This document shows, piece by piece, positions 14,962 to 19,700 of a DNA stretch of 19,700 nucleotides (the stretch's first letter is position 1; the number at the start of each line of letters is the position of its first letter). The notes beneath the pieces were generated by a model that had not been told where the DNA came from, made no database searches, and worked only from the letters and a program-made list of their open reading frames with translations. The position numbers and the translations under genes were made by a program. This DNA is from a virus: UHGV virus genome UHGV-0129547. The stretch is one strand, 5' to 3'.

Positions 14962-15177
14962 ATGACACCTCAGCAGGAAAACGCCCTTCGCAGCATTGCC
15001 CGTCAGGCTAATTCTGAAATCAAAAAAGCCAGACAGCAGTTTCCGGATAAAAACGTCGATGACATTTGCCGTAGCGTACTGAAGAAGCACCGCGAAACGG
15101 TAACGCTGATGGGATTCACACCGACTCACTTAAGTCTGGCAATCGGTATGTTAAACGGCGTCTTTAAGGAACGGTGA
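14962..15177 (+). CDS. Small hypothetical protein (lambda orf61-like)
   Basis: From the ATG at 14962: MTPQQENALRSIARQANSEIKKARQQFPDKNVDDICRSVLKKHRETVTLMGFTPTHLSLAIGMLNGVFKER. The ORF-track N-terminal extension is unlikely. Confidence 0.55.
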   Translation: MTPQQENALRSIARQANSEIKKARQQFPDKNVDDICRSVLKKHRETVTLMGFTPTHLSLAIGMLNGVFKER

Positions 15178-15275
15178 ACATGAAAAGCAAAATCATCAGG
15201 GAGCTACAGGCTCCTTTTTTATTATTCGCATTCACCCTCAAGCGTATTAACCAACAATTCAGGGATTAATGAAAG

Positions 15276-15497
15276 ATGGCAGATATCATTGATTCAGCAT
15301 CAGAAATTGAAGAATTACAGCGCAATACAGCAATAAAAATGCGTCGCCTGAACTACCAGACTGTATCCGCAACTCATTGTTGTGAGTGTGGCGATCCGAT
15401 AGATGAACGAAGACGCCTGGCAGTTCAGGGTTGTCGGACTTGTGCAAGTTGCCAGGAGGATCTGGAGCTTATCAGTAAACAGAGAGGTTCGAAGTGA
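15276..15497 (+). CDS. TraR/DksA-family C4 zinc-finger protein (lambda Orf73-like)
   Basis: 73 aa with C-x2-C...C-x2-C (CCECGDPIDERRRLAVQGCRTCASCQ), the TraR/DksA-type zinc finger that phage TraR homologues use to bind RNA polymerase. Confidence 0.8.
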   Translation: MADIIDSASEIEELQRNTAIKMRRLNYQTVSATHCCECGDPIDERRRLAVQGCRTCASCQEDLELISKQRGSK

Positions 15498-16093
15498 GCG
15501 AAATTAATTATCAGGCACTGCGTGAAAAGGCAGAGAAAGCAACTAAAGGAAGCTACATCGTAGGGCATACATCTGTTAACCAACACGGCAATTTAACAGG
15601 AGTTTTTGTTTGTCAAAAATGGAAAGGAGAACCCGGTGGCGTGATTGCGGAATGTCATGTTAACTGCCTGATTGAAACAGATGCTCAGGCTTATGCAAAC
15701 GCTGAATTCATAGCAGAGGCTAACCCGGCTACCGTGCTGGCACTGCTGGATGAACAGGAAAGAAACCAGCAATACATCAAACGCCGCGACCAGGAGAACG
15801 AGGATATTGCGCTAACGGTTGGGAAGCTGCGCGTTGAGCTTGAGGAGACAAAATCAAAACTCAACGAGCAGCGCGAGTATTACGAGGGAGTTATCTCTGA
15901 TGGGTGCAAGCGTATTGCTGAACTGGAAGCGCGGGAAGTTCAATTACCGACTCGCTACGACCTTCGATATGGACACCCCATAAATGCAGATGAGCGACAA
16001 GTCATGATACCTAAAGAAAATGGCAGTTGGCTTTACCTGATTGACCTAGAACACGCATTACGCGTCGCTGACATTCGCATCAAAGGAGAGTGA
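15494..16093 (+). CDS. Ead/Ea22-like hypothetical protein
   Basis: 199-aa ORF with a GTG start overlapping the upstream stop (GTGA) and GAGG 7 nt upstream; central coiled-coil-like segment; position and composition consistent with the ea22-type non-essential region. Family call is tentative. Confidence 0.55.
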   Translation: MSEINYQALREKAEKATKGSYIVGHTSVNQHGNLTGVFVCQKWKGEPGGVIAECHVNCLIETDAQAYANAEFIAEANPATVLALLDEQERNQQYIKRRDQENEDIALTVGKLRVELEETKSKLNEQREYYEGVISDGCKRIAELEAREVQLPTRYDLRYGHPINADERQVMIPKENGSWLYLIDLEHALRVADIRIKGE

Positions 16094-16094
16094 T

Positions 16095-16610
16095 ATGGCG
16101 TTAACACACCACGAACTCTGTCAGATTGCGTACAAGTTCCTTAAGCGCAACGGGTTCAAGGTTTGCTTTCATGACCGCTTTGTTGCTGTAACCAGTACCG
16201 GAGAACAGCCAGATGCTATGGGATTCAGAAATTCAGCATCATGCCTGATAGAGGCGAAGTGTTCTCGTGCTGACTTGTTGGCAGATAGAAAAAAGCGTTT
16301 CCGTAAAAATCCCTCACTTGGCATGGGCGACTGGCGATTCTTTATTAGTGAGCCGGAAATTATTTCAGTTGAGGATTTACCTCCCGGCTGGGGATTACTT
16401 CACGTTGTTAACGGAAAAGTACGGAAAGTACATGGATGGCCCAGGGGTAATTGCTGTTGGGGTAATCCTGACGATAAGCCATTTACCGGGAATAAGCAGG
16501 TTGAATGCGATTACATGTTATCTGCATTAAGGCGCATGGAGTTGAGAGGGCACCTTAATGAAATATATGACGGTGTGATTGTTAATAAGAAAGAAGGAAA
16601 CGCGGCATGA
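16095..16610 (+). CDS. Hypothetical protein with PD-(D/E)XK nuclease-like motif (171 aa)
   Basis: ATG at 16095 with GGAGAG SD. Segment ...GEQPDAMGFRNSASCLIEAKCSRADL... gives PD-x12-EAK, the classic PD-(D/E)XK signature; Cys/Trp-rich C-terminus (GWPRGNCCWGNPDD). Confidence 0.6.
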   Translation: MALTHHELCQIAYKFLKRNGFKVCFHDRFVAVTSTGEQPDAMGFRNSASCLIEAKCSRADLLADRKKRFRKNPSLGMGDWRFFISEPEIISVEDLPPGWGLLHVVNGKVRKVHGWPRGNCCWGNPDDKPFTGNKQVECDYMLSALRRMELRGHLNEIYDGVIVNKKEGNAA

Positions 16611-17551
16611 TCACTATTACCAAAGGGCGACTGCTGACAATCAAGCAGTGGCGCGAAACATACGGACCGGGTAGCAACGTTGTACTGCCAGCAGAAGAAG
16701 CGGAAGAACTGGCACGGATTGCACTGGCATCGCTGGAAGCAGATCCAGTTAAACGAGTTAACTCAGATCAGATGCGCCGAGTCTGCTTAGAAGCTAATCG
16801 CCATTTAGATAAATATGACGCGATGGCGAAAGAGGTAAATAAGTTGCTTGGACGCATCGCCCCGCCAGCGCCAGTATTTAACGGCGAATACGGTGACGCA
16901 TATCAGGGCGCTCGTGAAGACCTGTCCATCTGGAAACGGCGAGCGCTTGAAGCTGATGAGCACGTTCGGCGACTGGAGCAAATCAATGACCACATGGTGA
17001 AAGAGGCGCAGGGAGAATCACGCATGGGCGAGCCTGTAATACGTGAGCCAGCACCGGTAGTGCCTGAAGAAGCAACTCCGGAAAACGTAGAAATGCTCTC
17101 TGGCTATGTTTCAACGTACAAATTAACCGATAGCGAGCGCGATATTGCTGCCGAAATATGGAACGCCTGCCGCGCCGCCATGCTTCAGTCCGGAAACTTT
17201 CGGGAAAACAAGAATTCGTCAACCAATAATTTTCGGGAAATCGCGGAAACGTCAACCAACTATCCGGCAATTCCTAGTGAGGTGTTGTCCGCAATCCTGA
17301 AGGTTGCCAGGATTCGTGCCGATTTCGATGATTTTGACGGTGACAGGCGAGGTATCGGTGATTGTCTGGATGAGGCTGAGCAAGAGCTTATCGTTACCAT
17401 TAACAAATATGCCAGTCAGTTGGCAGCAGAACCTATAGCGCCTAATGACGTTCGAGAGCAGACAGCCATTCCACAAGTTCCGGTAACTCCGGATGGTTGG
17501 ATAAGCTGTAGTGAGCGAATGCCGGACGACAGGCAGGAGGTGAATCAATGA
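16607..17551 (+). CDS. Hypothetical prophage protein (314 aa), C-terminus DUF551-like
   Basis: ATGA overlap with the upstream gene; C-terminal ...PDGWISCSERMPDD... resembles the DUF551 prophage-protein signature from memory; internal short peptide repeat NFRE..STN encoded by a DNA direct repeat near 17200-17260. Confidence 0.55.
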   Translation: MITITKGRLLTIKQWRETYGPGSNVVLPAEEAEELARIALASLEADPVKRVNSDQMRRVCLEANRHLDKYDAMAKEVNKLLGRIAPPAPVFNGEYGDAYQGAREDLSIWKRRALEADEHVRRLEQINDHMVKEAQGESRMGEPVIREPAPVVPEEATPENVEMLSGYVSTYKLTDSERDIAAEIWNACRAAMLQSGNFRENKNSSTNNFREIAETSTNYPAIPSEVLSAILKVARIRADFDDFDGDRRGIGDCLDEAEQELIVTINKYASQLAAEPIAPNDVREQTAIPQVPVTPDGWISCSERMPDDRQEVNQ

Positions 17552-17631
17552 GCTGGCCTGATGCAATCGTAACTCTGGGGGTGGTATTCGCAGCAGCGTT
17601 TGTTGTGTTCTCGATTTGTCGATGGGGATAA
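17548..17631 (+). CDS. Small hydrophobic peptide (27 aa), putative membrane protein
   Basis: ATG at 17548 preceded by GGAGG with an 8-nt spacer and overlapping the upstream TGA; translation MSWPDAIVTLGVVFAAAFVVFSICRWG is a single TM-like helix. Below the ORF-track cutoff. Confidence 0.35.
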   Translation: MSWPDAIVTLGVVFAAAFVVFSICRWG

Positions 17632-17635
17632 CCAC

Positions 17636-17884
17636 ATGTTCGCTTTGATTCAACGCGGTCAGATATACACGGACAGAGCTGGATACCCCGTGGTGATTAC
17701 TCGCATCACTGAGCACTCAGTGTTCTTTCGACGGATGGACGGACGATCCGGGCGGGTACGCATTGGTGAGTTAAACTGCCTGTTCGAACATATTGACCAC
17801 CAGGAGTACCGCAAAATTCTCGCGGACACTGAGCAGGAAAAGCACCTGAAAAAATTACGAGCCATAAAAGGAAGTAAAGAATGA
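17636..17884 (+). CDS. Hypothetical protein (82 aa)
   Basis: From the ATG at 17636: MFALIQRGQIYTDRAGYPVVITRITEHSVFFRRMDGRSGRVRIGELNCLFEHIDHQEYRKILADTEQEKHLKKLRAIKGSKE; co-oriented with neighbours in the int-proximal region. Confidence 0.55.
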   Translation: MFALIQRGQIYTDRAGYPVVITRITEHSVFFRRMDGRSGRVRIGELNCLFEHIDHQEYRKILADTEQEKHLKKLRAIKGSKE

Positions 17885-18015
17885 ATAAAGCATTTGAACG
17901 ATGGGTCCACCAGCGTTACGGCAATCGCTATGACCTGACGCGAGATGTTGACAGCTTCTACTGTCGTGAAGTTGTGAAGCGAATGTTTGAAGTGTGGTGC
18001 CACTGCCGTGGATGA
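17881..18015 (+). CDS. Small hypothetical protein (44 aa)
   Basis: ATG at 17881 with AAGGAAG SD and ATGA overlap with the upstream stop; translation MNKAFERWVHQRYGNRYDLTRDVDSFYCREVVKRMFEVWCHCRG (Cys-x-Cys near the C-terminus). Below the ORF-track cutoff. Confidence 0.4.
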   Translation: MNKAFERWVHQRYGNRYDLTRDVDSFYCREVVKRMFEVWCHCRG

Positions 18016-18033
18016 AAATTTTATGAGGTTGGC

Positions 18034-18288
18034 ATGCAGACAATCATCTATCAGATAACCCCCAGCAAATGGTGTACGGAGAGAGTCCTCATTGCATCAA
18101 CAGGGCTAAAGCCTGGCACCATTGAGCGGGCAAGAAGAAAGTCATGGATGCAGGGAAAAGAATACCGCCATTACGCTGTAGAAGGTGATCCGGGGCACTA
18201 CAGTGAATGCCTGTACAACATCGAAGAAATTATGCGATGGATCGAAAACCAGAAACAACCAGGTGCCAAAAATGCAAGTTCCGGTTAA
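18034..18288 (+). CDS. Putative excisionase-like DNA-binding protein
   Basis: 84-aa ORF immediately upstream of the integrase, GAGG SD; small basic protein in the xis position. Family not verified. Confidence 0.5.
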   Translation: MQTIIYQITPSKWCTERVLIASTGLKPGTIERARRKSWMQGKEYRHYAVEGDPGHYSECLYNIEEIMRWIENQKQPGAKNASSG

Positions 18289-18321
18289 CCTGTTAATGCT
18301 CCTGGACGTCTGGGAGGTTTA

Positions 18322-19608
18322 ATGAGTAACGCATCATACCCGACAGGCGTTGAAAACCATGGAGGATCACTCCGTATATGGTTTCACTATAATGGCAAAC
18401 GTGTCAGAGAAAACCTCGGTGTTCCTGACACAGCCAAAAACCGGAAGATCGCTGGTGAACTTCGCACTTCCGTTTGTTTTGCAATCAGAATGGGGAGTTT
18501 CGACTACGCCGCGCAGTTCCCTAATTCCCCTAACCTGAAACACTTTGGTCTGGGAAAAAGAGAGATAACCGTTAAGGCACTTTCGGAAAAATGGTTGGAC
18601 CTTAAGAAAATTGAGATTTGTGCGAATGCACTTAATCGTTACCAGTCAGTAATTAAAAACATGTTGCCTATGTTGGGTGAGAAAAAACTGGTTTCATCCA
18701 TAACAAAAGAGGATTTACTTTTCGCAAGGAGAGATTTGTTGACCGGTTACCAAAAGCTTTCTAATGGAAAGATTTCTTCCATAAAAGGGCGCTCAGTGGT
18801 CACAGTAAACTACTATATGACAACCATAGCTGGAATGTTTCAATTTGCAACAGATAATGGTTATACCTCAGGAAACCCATTTAACGGTCTGGCACCCTTA
18901 AAAAAGTCCAAGGTAAAACCAGATCCTCTCACCCGTGACGAATTTATTCGTTTTATTGAGGCTTGCCGTCATCAACAAACAAAAAACCTGTGGATTCTCG
19001 CTGTATACACGGGTATTCGTCACGGGGAGTTGGTATCGCTGGCATGGGAAGATATAGATCTTAAAGCAAGGACTATAACCATCCGTAGGAATTATACAAA
19101 ACTTGGCGAATTCACTCCACCAAAAACCGATGCTGGCACCGGAAGGACAATTCATCTGGTTCAACCAGCTATTGATGCTCTTAAAAGTCAGGCGGAAATG
19201 ACCATGCTTGGAAAGCAACATTCTGTAGAGGTAAAGCAGAGGGAATATGGGAGAAGTACTGTGCATAAATGCACTTTTGTTTTTAGTCCTCAGGTAATAA
19301 AACAGCGGCAGTTTTCCGGACCGCACTATAAGGTTGACTCCATCAGGGAGTCATGGACAAGTATCTTAAAACGCGCAGGTCTGAGACACAGAAAATCGTA
19401 CCAATCCAGGCATACTTATGCATGCTGGTCACTTGCCGCTGGAGCTAATCCTAGTTTTATCGCAAGCCAGATGGGCCACACAAACGCACAAATGGTATTC
19501 AATGTTTACGGAGCATGGATGAAAGACAACAATCACGAACAGATAGAACTCCTTAACAAAAGACTATCTGAAAGTGTCCCATGTATGCCCCATAAGAAAG
19601 CTGGGTAA
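18322..19608 (+). CDS. Tyrosine integrase (phage integrase family)
   Basis: 428-aa ORF with GGGAGG SD; C-terminal catalytic region with R...HxxR...Y-type tyrosine-recombinase signature (...RHGELVSLAWEDIDL..., ...SRHTYACWSLAAGANPSFIASQMGHTNAQMVFNVYGAWM...). Confidence 0.9.
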   Translation: MSNASYPTGVENHGGSLRIWFHYNGKRVRENLGVPDTAKNRKIAGELRTSVCFAIRMGSFDYAAQFPNSPNLKHFGLGKREITVKALSEKWLDLKKIEICANALNRYQSVIKNMLPMLGEKKLVSSITKEDLLFARRDLLTGYQKLSNGKISSIKGRSVVTVNYYMTTIAGMFQFATDNGYTSGNPFNGLAPLKKSKVKPDPLTRDEFIRFIEACRHQQTKNLWILAVYTGIRHGELVSLAWEDIDLKARTITIRRNYTKLGEFTPPKTDAGTGRTIHLVQPAIDALKSQAEMTMLGKQHSVEVKQREYGRSTVHKCTFVFSPQVIKQRQFSGPHYKVDSIRESWTSILKRAGLRHRKSYQSRHTYACWSLAAGANPSFIASQMGHTNAQMVFNVYGAWMKDNNHEQIELLNKRLSESVPCMPHKKAG

Positions 19609-19700
19609 AATAAAAACTTGCAAAATCAATTAGTTTACCCTTAATCCCTGTCACGTTACGCGCGTGGCAGAGGCGTTACGGATTGCTGAAACCGCAACGG

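Noticed and set aside
14882-14965. 27-codon hydrophobic micro-ORF (MTTTECIFLAAGFIFCVLMLADMGLVQ) between orf63-like and orf61-like
   Set aside because: Plausible small membrane peptide, but no clear SD and it overlaps the start of the next gene; insufficient evidence to call as a feature.
19609-19700. Possible att site or core sequence immediately downstream of the integrase
   Set aside because: Integrase-adjacent att sites are expected here, but no repeat partner is visible within the window (no match to the tRNA fragment at 1-54), so no site can be called from this sequence alone.

Overview
This window is a mosaic lambdoid prophage segment of Escherichia/Enterobacteriaceae type, read from memory of protein families and sequence motifs only (no searches were run). 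Left to right: a partial CAU-anticodon tRNA at the window edge; an accessory block (AraC-family regulator, small ORF, 205-aa unknown) downstream of antiterminator Q; a DLP12-like nin region (ylcG, rusA, ybcO, ninE, ybcN) on the minus strand; a second accessory block with a 168-aa membrane-anchored unknown and a P22 immI-like module (antirepressor, Arc-like, Mnt-like); lambda-like replication genes ren, P and O with ori iterons inside O; a Rac-like YdaT/YdaS pair divergent from a CI-type repressor; then on the plus strand a Kil-like ORF, gam, bet, exo, small ea-region ORFs, a TraR-like zinc finger, excisionase-like gene and tyrosine integrase. The strongest candidate for an undescribed system is the AT-rich two-gene operon co-transcribed directly downstream of the CI repressor (10344-11995), at the position lambda uses for rexAB: a short protein with a HipA/PI3K-like kinase catalytic loop (DRHLNN plus a downstream DFS) translationally coupled to a DUF3037-like partner. 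Other unknown-function cargo sits at the Q-downstream locus (1407-2024), next to the immI module (4156-4662) and in the ea region (a PD-(D/E)XK-motif protein, 16095-16610). No lysis or structural genes, CRISPR arrays or IS elements were seen.
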